Source: Planctomycetota bacterium (GTDB taxonomy: Bacteria > Planctomycetota > UBA1135 > UBA2386). Taken from it: a stretch of 64,000 nt of DNA. The notes beneath the pieces were generated by a model that searched no databases, was not told where the DNA came from, and saw only the letters and a list, made by a program, of their open reading frames with translations. Location of the stretch: contig JBKAGP010000001.1 in assembly GCA_046290465.1 (NCBI GenBank), forward strand, positions 6,530,046 to 6,594,045. Direction: 5' to 3'. This document shows positions 9,581 to 19,933 of the stretch, piece by piece (position 1 is the stretch's first letter; each line of letters starts with the position of its first letter). The position numbers and the translations under genes were made by a program.

Positions 9581-9906
9581 GCGGCACCGAAGACAACCAG
9601 CAGCCGAGCGACGAGCAGAACGAGCTCGACGCCAAGCTGTCGTTCACGGTCGCGTCCGTCTGGCGCGCCGAGCGGATCTCGTGCCCGCACCCGCACGTGC
9701 TGCAGAGCTTCCTGCAGGGCAGCCTCGACGGCGGCGCCCGCGACTTCGTCGAGTTCCACCTGCAGGACAGCGAGTGTCCGTACTGCAACGCGACGATCGA
9801 CGACCTGAAGGCCCGCGACGACGAGGCCAAGCAGCCGGTGCTGACGGACATGAAGGACCGCCTGCTGCGCTCGACGGTCGCCGAACTCGGCAAGAGCAAG
9901 GGCTGA
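9577..9906 (+). CDS. Putative soluble zinc-finger anti-sigma factor
   Basis: ATGA overlap with the sigma stop; CP...L..FLQGSL...HLQDSECPYC motif. Confidence 0.75.
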   Translation: MSGTEDNQQPSDEQNELDAKLSFTVASVWRAERISCPHPHVLQSFLQGSLDGGARDFVEFHLQDSECPYCNATIDDLKARDDEAKQPVLTDMKDRLLRSTVAELGKSKG

Positions 9907-10064
9907 GTCGCCGGGCGCCCGGGCGTGGTGCCCGAACCGGGGTGGCCAGGCACCCCGCGCCCGATTTTCCGGGAATGCGCGCCAAATAGTCGTCGGCCGG
10001 TCGCGAAGGCAGGACATCGGAGCCAGCGTGCTCCTGGCCTTCCTACCAAAAAGGAAACGACGAC

Positions 10065-10898
10065 ATGATTCGCAAGACCTTCAAGACGCTGCTGATCGGC
10101 AGCGTGGTGCTCGGTGGGGCAGGCTTCCTGTTCCTGGGCACGGACTTCCCCAGTTACGTCAGCACGGTTGCCACCTCGGTGCGTGAGAACGTCGCCGGCC
10201 AGATCCCGGTCGAGATCGAGCTCCGCCGTGCTGAGGACCTGATCCGCCAGATCGACCCGCAGATCGACACCTGCAAGCGAGACCTGGCCCGCGCCGAGGT
10301 CGAACTCGAAGACCTGCAGAACTCCGTCGTGCACCTCGAGAAGGTGGTCACGGCCGAGGAGAAGAAGCTCAAGATCGGCGCCGCGCTGCTGCGTGAGGAG
10401 ACCGACACCGGTGTCCGCCTGGCCGCCGACTACGGCGCCCGCCGCCGCGTCAGCGCCGACCTCAGCCGCACCAAGGACAGCTACGTCAACAACATGGCGA
10501 TCCTGAAGACCAAGCGCGCCCTGATCGAGCGTCAGACCCGCGCGGTGGGCGCCGCCAAGGACCGCCTGGCGGCGGTGCGCTACGAGCGCACGGCGCTGCA
10601 GGACCAGGTCCGGGCGCTCAAGACGCAGAAGATGCAGGTCGAGGCGATGGCCGCGTCCAGCAGCCGCTTCGATCTCGACAGCACCGCGCTGAGCCAGGCC
10701 AAGGAGGTCATCACCAAGGTCCGCAAGCGCCTCGACGTCGCCCAGCGCATGCTCGAGAACGACATGGCCTTCCAGGGTGACCCGGTCGGCGAGGTCGTCG
10801 ACGAGCGCAACATGCTCAAGGAGATCGACGAGCTGTTCGACGAAGGGCAGCCGGCCGAGGCCGCGTCGCTGACGATCGAACTGCCGGTCACGCGCTGA
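10065..10898 (+). CDS. N-terminally membrane-anchored coiled-coil protein, PspA/IM30-like
   Basis: Basic N-terminus + TM helix, then long heptad coiled coil ([17 protein letters not shown]...); SD AAAGGA. Confidence 0.6.
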   Translation: MIRKTFKTLLIGSVVLGGAGFLFLGTDFPSYVSTVATSVRENVAGQIPVEIELRRAEDLIRQIDPQIDTCKRDLARAEVELEDLQNSVVHLEKVVTAEEKKLKIGAALLREETDTGVRLAADYGARRRVSADLSRTKDSYVNNMAILKTKRALIERQTRAVGAAKDRLAAVRYERTALQDQVRALKTQKMQVEAMAASSSRFDLDSTALSQAKEVITKVRKRLDVAQRMLENDMAFQGDPVGEVVDERNMLKEIDELFDEGQPAEAASLTIELPVTR

Positions 10899-10929
10899 TC
10901 GCGCGCCCGAAGCAGAGCCACCGCCCCCA

Positions 10930-10979
10930 GAACGAGCAAGGCCCGCAGCATCCCCGGATGCTGCGGGCCTTGCTCGTTC
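10930..10979. terminator. Perfect 24-bp inverted repeat, probable terminator or stabilising hairpin
   Basis: GAACGAGCAAGGCCCGCAGCATCC-CC-GGATGCTGCGGGCCTTGCTCGTTC; no poly-T tail. Confidence 0.6.
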
Positions 10980-11146
10980 GGTCGTGGGGGAGCGGTGGCG
11001 ACCGGCGCCCCTTGCCGTCCAAGTCGCTGTCGGGGCGGTCCCTACACCGGTCCACGTCGGCCGCTCCGAGCCTGGCGCCGGCGAATCTGGTGGATGCGCA
11101 TTCGACTCCGCGCGCGGCCGTCGCTACCGTCTTTGCCCCCGAAGCC

Positions 11147-12307
<1,161 letters not shown>

Positions 12308-12336
12308 ACCACGAGATACCCAAAGGAGCACAACCC

Positions 12337-13218
12337 ATGAGCGTTCTCGTCAACGGCGAAACCAAGATCCTCTGCCAGGGCTTCACCGGCTCGGCAGGCC
12401 TCTTCCACAGCAAGAACTCGCTGGCCTACGGCACCAAGCTGGTTGCCGGCGTGACCCCCGGCAAGGGCGGCCAGACCATCGAAGGCGTGCCGGTGTTCGA
12501 CACCGTCGCCGAGGCCAAGGAGGCCACCGGCGCCACGGTCTCGATGATCTACGTGCCGGCCCCGTTCACCGCCGACGCGATCTGCGAGTCGGTCGACGCC
12601 GGCATGGACCTCGCGGTCACCATCACCGAGGGCGTGCCGGTCGCCGACATGGCGTTCGTCAAGGAGTTCGCCAAGGGCAGCGACACGCTGCTGCTCGGCC
12701 CGAACTGCCCCGGCATCATCACGCCGGAGACCGACGACAGCGGCTGCAAGATCGGCATCATGCCGGCCTACATCCACAAGCCGGGCAAGGTCGGCATCGT
12801 GTCCCGCTCGGGCACGCTGACCTACGAGGCCGTGTGGCAGGTCACCAGCAACGGCATGGGCCAGTCGACCTGCATCGGCATCGGCGGCGACCCGATCAAG
12901 GGCCTCGACTTCATCGAGTGCCTCAAGCTGTTCCAGGACGACGCAGGCACCGACGGCATCATCATGATCGGTGAGATCGGCGGCACCGCCGAAGAAGAGG
13001 CCTGCGAGTTCCTCAAGGACTACGTCAAGAAGCCGGTCGTCGGCTTCATCGCCGGCGCGACCGCGCCTCCCGGCAAGCGCATGGGCCACGCCGGCGCGAT
13101 CATCAGCGGCGGCAAGGGCACCGCGGCCGACAAGAAGGCGGCGATGAAGGCCGCGGGCGTGCACGTCTGCGACACCCCGTCGGTGCTCGGCGAGACCATG
13201 AAGAAGGTGCTGGGCTAG
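12337..13218 (+). CDS. sucD: Succinyl-CoA synthetase alpha subunit
   Basis: [35 protein letters not shown] (phospho-His). Confidence 0.98.
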   Translation: MSVLVNGETKILCQGFTGSAGLFHSKNSLAYGTKLVAGVTPGKGGQTIEGVPVFDTVAEAKEATGATVSMIYVPAPFTADAICESVDAGMDLAVTITEGVPVADMAFVKEFAKGSDTLLLGPNCPGIITPETDDSGCKIGIMPAYIHKPGKVGIVSRSGTLTYEAVWQVTSNGMGQSTCIGIGGDPIKGLDFIECLKLFQDDAGTDGIIMIGEIGGTAEEEACEFLKDYVKKPVVGFIAGATAPPGKRMGHAGAIISGGKGTAADKKAAMKAAGVHVCDTPSVLGETMKKVLG

Positions 13219-13228
13219 GAACACCGCG

Positions 13229-13702
13229 GTGAACCAGAACGCAGCCAAGATCGACAACTGGTTCCGCCAGGTCACGCCGCTGTTCCTGTTGGGACTGCTG
13301 GTGCTGGTCCTGGTCGAGCCGGTGTTGCCGTACGGCGACTGGCTGCGTCACCACCTCGGCGAGGACGTGGTCCTCAAGGCCGCGGTCGCGTTCCTGATCC
13401 TCTACGTGCTGTTGCTGTGGGGCGAGGCGCTGCGGCTGCAGGGCCTTCTGACCGGCTTGCTGCAGGCGTTCCAGACCTTCGACCGCGACCGCGCCGCGGA
13501 GGCCTCTGCGCCGCCGAGGGGCAAGGGCGCGAACAACCCCAAGGCGCGCATCGAGGCCGCGAAGCTGCTGATCGCGGCGATGCGGTCGGACGATGCGGCC
13601 ATCGTCGAGACCAGCCACCACAACCTGGTGCGGCTGGTCGGCCAGGATCTCGGCAAGGACCCCGATCGCTGGCAGCAGTGGCTGGCGCAGCAGGAGACTT
13701 GA
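13229..13702 (+). CDS. Hypothetical membrane protein with HEAT-like C-terminus
   Basis: Two hydrophobic helices; C-terminal L..LVGQDLGKD...W..W pattern; typical codon usage. Confidence 0.65.
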   Translation: MNQNAAKIDNWFRQVTPLFLLGLLVLVLVEPVLPYGDWLRHHLGEDVVLKAAVAFLILYVLLLWGEALRLQGLLTGLLQAFQTFDRDRAAEASAPPRGKGANNPKARIEAAKLLIAAMRSDDAAIVETSHHNLVRLVGQDLGKDPDRWQQWLAQQET

Positions 13703-13803
13703 TCCTGCGGCGGCCTCGGCGCAACTTGCCGAAAGTCGTCTGCGCCACTGGCGTTGGTCCACTTACGGCGCGATGATGTCGCGCCCTCAAAGGTAGCTCA
13801 CGA

Positions 13804-14055
13804 ATGATCGCATTTGGCATCCCCGGTGGCTGGGAGTGGATCATCATCCTCGCGGTGGTGCTGGTTCTCTTCGGGCACAGAATCCCTGGCATGGCCCGCT
13901 CGCTCGGGTCGGGCATCACCGAGTTCAAGCGCGGTCTCAAGGATGGCGACGAGAACGACAAGTCCGGCGCCGGCAAGGGCCAGTCGGGCGACCGCAAGGA
14001 CCAGCCTGGCGACCAGCTCCGCCCGGACGGCGACCCCAAGGACGGTTCGGCGTAG
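13804..14055 (+). CDS. tatA: Twin-arginine translocase TatA/E subunit
   Basis: GGWEWIIILAVVLVLFG..IPGMARSLGSGITEFKRG. Confidence 0.92.
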   Translation: MIAFGIPGGWEWIIILAVVLVLFGHRIPGMARSLGSGITEFKRGLKDGDENDKSGAGKGQSGDRKDQPGDQLRPDGDPKDGSA

Positions 14056-15062
14056 TGACGCAGACCAAGCCGCTGCACGACGTCGTCTCGCTGGTGCAGG
14101 AGCCGCTCGATCGGCTCAACCGCGAGCTGCTCGAGGATCTCGCTCCCGGGCACCCCGAGATGCGTCCGCTGATCGAGCACGTCGGCGGCTTCCGCGGCAA
14201 GCAGCTGCGCCCGGTGCTGACGTTCTTGTCGGCGATGGCGATCCGGGGCGCCAACCACAGCGGCGGCATCGGCACCGATGTCATCACGGTCGCCAAGGTG
14301 GTCGAACTGCTGCACACCGCGACGCTGGTGCACGACGACGTGCTCGACAGCGCCAGCGTGCGTCGGCGCATCGAGACGATCAACCACCTGAGCGGCGTCG
14401 AGACCGCGGTGCTGCTCGGCGACTACATCTACGCCAAGGCGTTCCACATGGCCGTGCAGCTGCCCGATCCGACGGCGGCGCGCTGGCTCGCGGAGACCGT
14501 GCGCGTCATCTGCCAGGGTGAGATCACGCAGATCCTGCACCGCTTCGACTACCAGTGGAGCGAGGCTCGCTACTTCACGGTGATCGCCGAGAAGACCGCC
14601 AGCCTGTATGCGGCGGCTTGCCGCCTCGGCGGCTGCTACAGCACCGAGGAGTCCGGCAGCACCAGCGAAGGCCGGCTGCGCGCGCTCGAGGAGTACGGCC
14701 TCGAGCTCGGCATCGCGTTCCAGATTGTCGACGACTGCCTCGACCTCGACGGTGACGAAGCGGTGGTCGGCAAGTCGCTCGGCACCGATCTCAGCAAGGG
14801 CAAGATCACGCTGCCGATGCTCTACCTGCTGCGCTCCGAAGGCCAGGCAGAGCGCTTCCGCGAACTGCTCGGCACCACCGAGGCCGAGGGCCTGCGCCGC
14901 CTGCGCGCCGAGTTCCCGCTCGAGCACGCGATCGCCTACGCGATGGAGGAGGCGCAGCGACGGATCGCCAAGGCGCAGGCGTGCCTGTCGCAGCTGCCGC
15001 CCGGCCCGGCTCGGGACGCGCTGCACAGGCTCGCGGGCTTCGTGTTGACGCGCCGCGTCTGA
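14055..15062 (+). CDS. Polyprenyl diphosphate synthase (trans-prenyltransferase)
   Basis: GKQLRP, HDDVLD...RR, AVLLGD, KTA, FQIVDDCLD, GKITLP; GTG overlaps the tatA stop. Confidence 0.93.
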   Translation: MTQTKPLHDVVSLVQEPLDRLNRELLEDLAPGHPEMRPLIEHVGGFRGKQLRPVLTFLSAMAIRGANHSGGIGTDVITVAKVVELLHTATLVHDDVLDSASVRRRIETINHLSGVETAVLLGDYIYAKAFHMAVQLPDPTAARWLAETVRVICQGEITQILHRFDYQWSEARYFTVIAEKTASLYAAACRLGGCYSTEESGSTSEGRLRALEEYGLELGIAFQIVDDCLDLDGDEAVVGKSLGTDLSKGKITLPMLYLLRSEGQAERFRELLGTTEAEGLRRLRAEFPLEHAIAYAMEEAQRRIAKAQACLSQLPPGPARDALHRLAGFVLTRRV

Positions 15063-15252
15063 GCGGTCGTTGGCGATGGCGCCGGTCCCGGATCGAAACC
15101 GGGACCGTCATCCGCTTGTCATCCGCCCGGAATCGGGCGATGGGGCTTCGGTCCGCAATTCGCAGCCCGCGCATCGGTTTCCGTTGCGGAGTTTCCCCTG
15201 GCGCTGGACAGTCGTGGTTGGCCAGCGCCGGTATCCTGGCTGCCTCGATCGC

Positions 15253-16398
15253 ATGAAGAACCCTGCCGCACTCGTCCTGCTCACGATGCTCTGTGCCTGC
15301 GGAGGCTCGACCGAGGTCGAGTTCGGTCCGCCGCGCGATGTGCCCAAGGACAAGCGGCCGATGGTCTGGGATGCGGCGATGCGCGACCGCCTCGGCGTGC
15401 CGTCGATGTCGGCTCCCGGCGGTGGCCAGCAGGGTGGCTCGCAGGCTGGCCAGCAGGCAGGCCAGCAGGCTGGCTCGCAGGCTGGCACTGCACTGGTCGC
15501 CAACACGCCCGCCGGCTGGGAGGAACTGCCCGCCAACCCGCAGCGGTTCCGCAACGCGGTCTGGCGGGTCGCCGGGCAGACCGACACCGACTGCTACCTG
15601 ACCATCGGCGTCGGCGGCGGCGTCGCGTTCAACCTGCAGCGCTGGTACGTGCAGCAGTTCGGCAAGCAGCAGGTGCCGGCGGTCGAGCAGCTGCCGGAGA
15701 TCGACTTCTGCAACCGCAAGGGCAGGCTGGTCGAGCTCGAAGGCGCCATGGGCCAGAAGCAGGACTGGGCGGCGCTGATCGCGTTCTTCCACGAAGGCAG
15801 CCAGGTCACGTCGCTGAAGTTCACCGGTCCGAAGGCGGTCGTGGCGGCCGAACGGGACGCGTTCCTGGGCCTGGCGAAGTCGATCCGCCTCGGCAGCGGC
15901 GGCGGCGCGCGCCAGGCGCCGCCGATCGACCCGAACCAGCCGATGCCGGACGGCCACGTGCCGATCGACCAGCAGCCCGGTGCCAAGGCGCCGTTCACGG
16001 CGGTGACGCCCGAGGGCTGGGTGGCCAAGCAGAACTCGCGCCGCGTGCTGCACCACACCTTCGGTCGCAACAGCGAACTCTACGTCAGCCAGCTCGGCGG
16101 CACGCTGCGGCAGACGCTCGACATCTGGCGGTTCGAACTGCAGCTCGATGCGATGAGCGAGCAGGAGTATGCCGCGCTGCCGAAGACGATGTTCCTCGGC
16201 GACGACGCGGTGCTGATGGACCTGACCGGCAATTGGCGCGGCATGACCGGCGCGCAGATCGAGGATGCCCGGGTGCTGGTGGCGGCGCGCGTCGACGGCA
16301 ACACGATCACGTTCTGCAAGCTGGTCGGCCCGAAGGACGAGGTCGACGCCCAGCGCGACGCGTTCGTGCGGTTCTGCGGCACGGTGAGGAAGCAATGA
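15253..16398 (+). CDS. Hypothetical lipoprotein with an internal domain duplication, first gene of the cytochrome c maturation operon
   Basis: Lipobox-like LCAC; two similar units (TPAGW...GG...W and TPEGW...GG...W); overlaps next gene by ATGA. Confidence 0.75.
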   Translation: MKNPAALVLLTMLCACGGSTEVEFGPPRDVPKDKRPMVWDAAMRDRLGVPSMSAPGGGQQGGSQAGQQAGQQAGSQAGTALVANTPAGWEELPANPQRFRNAVWRVAGQTDTDCYLTIGVGGGVAFNLQRWYVQQFGKQQVPAVEQLPEIDFCNRKGRLVELEGAMGQKQDWAALIAFFHEGSQVTSLKFTGPKAVVAAERDAFLGLAKSIRLGSGGGARQAPPIDPNQPMPDGHVPIDQQPGAKAPFTAVTPEGWVAKQNSRRVLHHTFGRNSELYVSQLGGTLRQTLDIWRFELQLDAMSEQEYAALPKTMFLGDDAVLMDLTGNWRGMTGAQIEDARVLVAARVDGNTITFCKLVGPKDEVDAQRDAFVRFCGTVRKQ

Positions 16399-17840
16399 GC
16401 GACGTCGACACCCGGAATACAGGCGGCCAGGAAGCAGGCAGCCAGAAGGCAGGAAGCCAGAACGCAGGCAGCCCGAACGCAGGCAGTCAGAACGCCGATG
16501 GCCAGCACCAGGGCAGCGCGTCCGCTTCGACCCGGAGCAAGCCGAAGTCGCCGGTCGGACCCGGCCGGTGGCTGCTGCAGGCGCTCGGCTCGATGAGGCT
16601 CGCGGTCGTGCTGCTGGTGCTGCTCGGCCTGCTGACCTGGCTCGGCACGCTGGCGCAGATCGAGGACGGCCTGTGGAAGGCGCAGAAGAAGTACTTCGAG
16701 TCGTGGTTCCTGATCGCGGACCTCGAGCTCGGCTGGTGGGGCAAGCCGTTGTTCGGCGGCGACTCCGGCAAGGGCCTGGTGCTGCGCATCCCGCTGCCGG
16801 GCGCCTACCCGGTGATGGCGCTGCTGTTCGTCAACCTGCTGGTCGGCGGCCTGATGCGGCTCAAGTGGAGCATGCGCAACCTCGGCGTGCTGATCGTGCA
16901 CGTAGGCATCGCGCTGCTGCTGGTCGCGGGCTTCGTCAAGATGGAGCTGTCCTACGCCGGTGGCCTGGCGCTCTACGAGCAGCCGCCCGACGGCGCCGGC
17001 GTCAGCTCGAGGCTCTACGAGTCGTCGACGTTCGTCAGCTTCCACGACTACGAACTCGCGCTGCTGAAGGACAACGGCGACTCGATCGAGGAGCGCGTCG
17101 TCGCCGAGGAGGACCTGCTCGCGGCGAAGAACGGTCGCGTCACGCTGCGCGCGGACGACCTGCCGTTCGTGGTGCAGGTGCACCACTGGATGGAGCGCTG
17201 TGATCCGCTGCCGAAGGGGCCGATGGTCAAGACGCTCGCGCCGGTCCTCGAGGACGCCCAGGGCGGCGTGTTCCTGCGCGAGCAGAAGCCGCTGCCCGAG
17301 CGCGGCCAGAACATCGCCGGCTGCTACGTCGACGTGATCGCCAAGGACGGCACCCGCCACAAGGGCATCGTCTACGGCGCCGAGTTGCGGCCGTTCGAGA
17401 AGCGCCGCTTCCCGTTCACGTTCGAGGTCGACGGCCAGCGCTGGGGCCTCGACCTGCGGCGCGTCGTCTACGACCTGCCGTTCCACGTGCGCCTGAAGAG
17501 CTTCGTCAAGAAGGACCACCCGGGCACGCTGACCGCCGCCGACTACCGCAGCTTCGTGACGATCCCCGAAGAGGGCGATCGCGAGGTGCAGATCTACATG
17601 AACACCCCGCTCCGCAAGGACGGCTTCGTGATGTACCAGACGAGCTGGGGGCCGCAGATCAACGGCCGGCCCAACGGCGGCCCGCCGTGGTTCTCGGTGT
17701 TCGAGATCGCCGAGAACCCGTCCGACAAGTGGCCCGAGTACTCGTGCTGGGTGATCGCGCTGGGGCTGCTGCTGCACTTCTCGATGAAGCTCGGCAAGTT
17801 CCTCGGATCGTCGACCCGCCGCACCCTGGTGGAAGGATGA
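16395..17840 (+). CDS. ResB/CcsB-like cytochrome c biogenesis protein
   Basis: LGSMRLAVVLL...GTLAQ, HVGIALL, LPFHVRLKSF, IYMNTPLRKDGFVMYQTSW; upstream of ccsA. Confidence 0.8.
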   Translation: MSDVDTRNTGGQEAGSQKAGSQNAGSPNAGSQNADGQHQGSASASTRSKPKSPVGPGRWLLQALGSMRLAVVLLVLLGLLTWLGTLAQIEDGLWKAQKKYFESWFLIADLELGWWGKPLFGGDSGKGLVLRIPLPGAYPVMALLFVNLLVGGLMRLKWSMRNLGVLIVHVGIALLLVAGFVKMELSYAGGLALYEQPPDGAGVSSRLYESSTFVSFHDYELALLKDNGDSIEERVVAEEDLLAAKNGRVTLRADDLPFVVQVHHWMERCDPLPKGPMVKTLAPVLEDAQGGVFLREQKPLPERGQNIAGCYVDVIAKDGTRHKGIVYGAELRPFEKRRFPFTFEVDGQRWGLDLRRVVYDLPFHVRLKSFVKKDHPGTLTAADYRSFVTIPEEGDREVQIYMNTPLRKDGFVMYQTSWGPQINGRPNGGPPWFSVFEIAENPSDKWPEYSCWVIALGLLLHFSMKLGKFLGSSTRRTLVEG

Positions 17841-19852
17841 GCAAGCAGATGATCATGTGCACGACGCGTCGGTTGTCGTTCGGGCTGCTCGGCCTGTTCG
17901 CGTTCCTGGCTTCCTGCAGCCGGCCGGTGCCGGAACTCGACGGCCCGCCCGAGCGCACCATGCCGTGGAGCGACGACGTGGTCGAGCAGGTCGCCTCGGC
18001 CCCGGTGCAGTCCGAAGGTCGCGTCAAGCCGCTGTCGGTGCTGGCCGCGTTCACGCTCTACGACGTGCACGGCCGTCGGGACCTCAAGTACGGCTATACG
18101 ACCGCGGAAGGCACGCTGCAAAAGGTCACGCTGGAGCCGACCGAATGGCTGCTCGACGTCTGGTGCTACCCGCGCCAGGCCGCCCGCTACCCGCTGTTCC
18201 GGATCGAGAACGTCGCGGTCATGGACGCGCTCGGCTTCGCCAACGACGGCCAGCGGCAGGACTTCGAGTACCTGAGCTACGCGCAGGTCTACGAGGTCGT
18301 CGACACGCTGCAGGAGCTGGCCAAGAAGTACGGCGCCGTCGAGCAGCGCAACCGCAACGCGGTCCAGGAGCACATCCTGCAGCTGTGGGGCGACTTCCTG
18401 AAGTACGACCGGCTGCAGCGCCAGCTCGGCGCGCTGCACTACTCGATCCCGCTCCAGGAGCCGGAGCTGCAGCAGGTCTTCGGCGGCGAGCGCGCCGACG
18501 TCGGCGCGATCGCGCGGCACGCGGCGGGCTTCCGGAAGCTGCTGGCGGCGCAGGATCCGCAGATGACCAGCGCGCCCAAGGGGCTGCTCGACGTCGCCGA
18601 GTTCGTCGGCAAGGCGATCACCAACGACGACGACGGCGCCGGCCTGATCGCGCCGCTCGACGGCGACGAGAAGACCTGGATGACGCTCGGCAGCAGCCTC
18701 GAGAAGGTCATCAAGGGGGCCGGTGGTCCGGTCGTCGAGGTGCTGGCCAACCTGCAGCGTGCGGTCACCGCCGAGGCGCTGGCCAACAAGGAGGAGGCGC
18801 TGGTCGCCTACCGCGATGCCGCGGTCTCCGCCGCTGCGCCCAACGAGCTGTACGATCACGACAAGGTCGAGCTCGAGACCTACTACTACCGCGCGTCGTG
18901 GCACTACCAGTCGATCCACTGGTTCCTGTTCGCGTTCGTGCTGGCGGCGGTGTCGTGGCTGATGCCGCGCAACAGGTGGGTGTGGGGTGCCAGCCTCGGC
19001 GTGACCGCGCTGGCGCTCGGCATGCTCGGCTTCGACGTGCTGCTGCGCTGCCTGATCACCGAGCGGCCGCCGATCAAGAACCTCTACGACACGTTCCTGT
19101 TCATCGCGGCGGTCGGCGTCGCGCTGGCGATCGTCGTCGAGATCGTGCTGCCGCGACGGATCGCGCTGGCGGCCGCACCGTTCCTCGGCGCGCTGCTGGT
19201 GATGTTCGCGCGCATGTTCGAGGTCGCCGACGGCTCGGACACGATGAACCCGCTGGTCGCCGTGCTCGACAGCAACTTCTGGCTGGCGACGCACGTCACG
19301 ACGATCAACATCGGCTACGCCGCCGGCATCGTCGCCGCGGTGCTGGCCAACATCTGGATCGCGATGCGCGTGCTGCGCATCAGCCACCCGGCGGATCCGC
19401 CGGCCAAGGCGCTGGTGCGGATGATCTACGGCGTGACCTGCTTCGGCCTGGCCTTCGCCGTGGTCGGCACGATCCTCGGCGGCGTCTGGGCCAACGACTC
19501 GTGGGGCCGCTTCTGGGGCTGGGACCCGAAGGAGAACGGCGCGCTGATGATCTGCCTGGCGCAGATCGCGCTGCTGCACGCGCGCTTCAGCGGCTGGGTG
19601 CGCGACTTCGGCTTCGTCGTCTGGTCGGCGATCACCGGCGCCGTGGTGGTGTTCTCGTGGTTCCACGTCAACCTGCTCGGCATCGGCCTGCACAGCTACG
19701 GCTTCTCGTCGGGCCTGCGCGACGCGGTCTGGACCAGCTACCTGGTCCAGATCGGCTTTGTTGCGGTCGGTGCCGTCGACGTGCTGCTGCGCCCCAACCC
19801 GGCGCGCAGCAAGGTTGGCGACCACGAGCCCCCGGCCGTGCCGGTCACCTGA
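17837..19852 (+). CDS. ccsA: Cytochrome c biogenesis protein CcsA/ResC with large periplasmic N-terminal domain
   Basis: GRVKPL, RPPIKNLYD, FWLATHV, WWD motif WANDSWGRFWGWDPKE, GLHSYG. Confidence 0.9.
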   Translation: MSKQMIMCTTRRLSFGLLGLFAFLASCSRPVPELDGPPERTMPWSDDVVEQVASAPVQSEGRVKPLSVLAAFTLYDVHGRRDLKYGYTTAEGTLQKVTLEPTEWLLDVWCYPRQAARYPLFRIENVAVMDALGFANDGQRQDFEYLSYAQVYEVVDTLQELAKKYGAVEQRNRNAVQEHILQLWGDFLKYDRLQRQLGALHYSIPLQEPELQQVFGGERADVGAIARHAAGFRKLLAAQDPQMTSAPKGLLDVAEFVGKAITNDDDGAGLIAPLDGDEKTWMTLGSSLEKVIKGAGGPVVEVLANLQRAVTAEALANKEEALVAYRDAAVSAAAPNELYDHDKVELETYYYRASWHYQSIHWFLFAFVLAAVSWLMPRNRWVWGASLGVTALALGMLGFDVLLRCLITERPPIKNLYDTFLFIAAVGVALAIVVEIVLPRRIALAAAPFLGALLVMFARMFEVADGSDTMNPLVAVLDSNFWLATHVTTINIGYAAGIVAAVLANIWIAMRVLRISHPADPPAKALVRMIYGVTCFGLAFAVVGTILGGVWANDSWGRFWGWDPKENGALMICLAQIALLHARFSGWVRDFGFVVWSAITGAVVVFSWFHVNLLGIGLHSYGFSSGLRDAVWTSYLVQIGFVAVGAVDVLLRPNPARSKVGDHEPPAVPVT

Positions 19853-19933
19853 GCCGCGGCGGCCGCATCGCCGGAGCGCGCCGGCTCCGTCATGTGGCGG
19901 CTCCGTGATGTGGCGGCTCCGTGATCGCAGGGA

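Noticed and set aside
13732..13755. Fourth copy of the AATAGTCG promoter motif before tatA (AAAGTCG)
   Set aside because: Imperfect first half and no CGWA at 10-11 nt spacing
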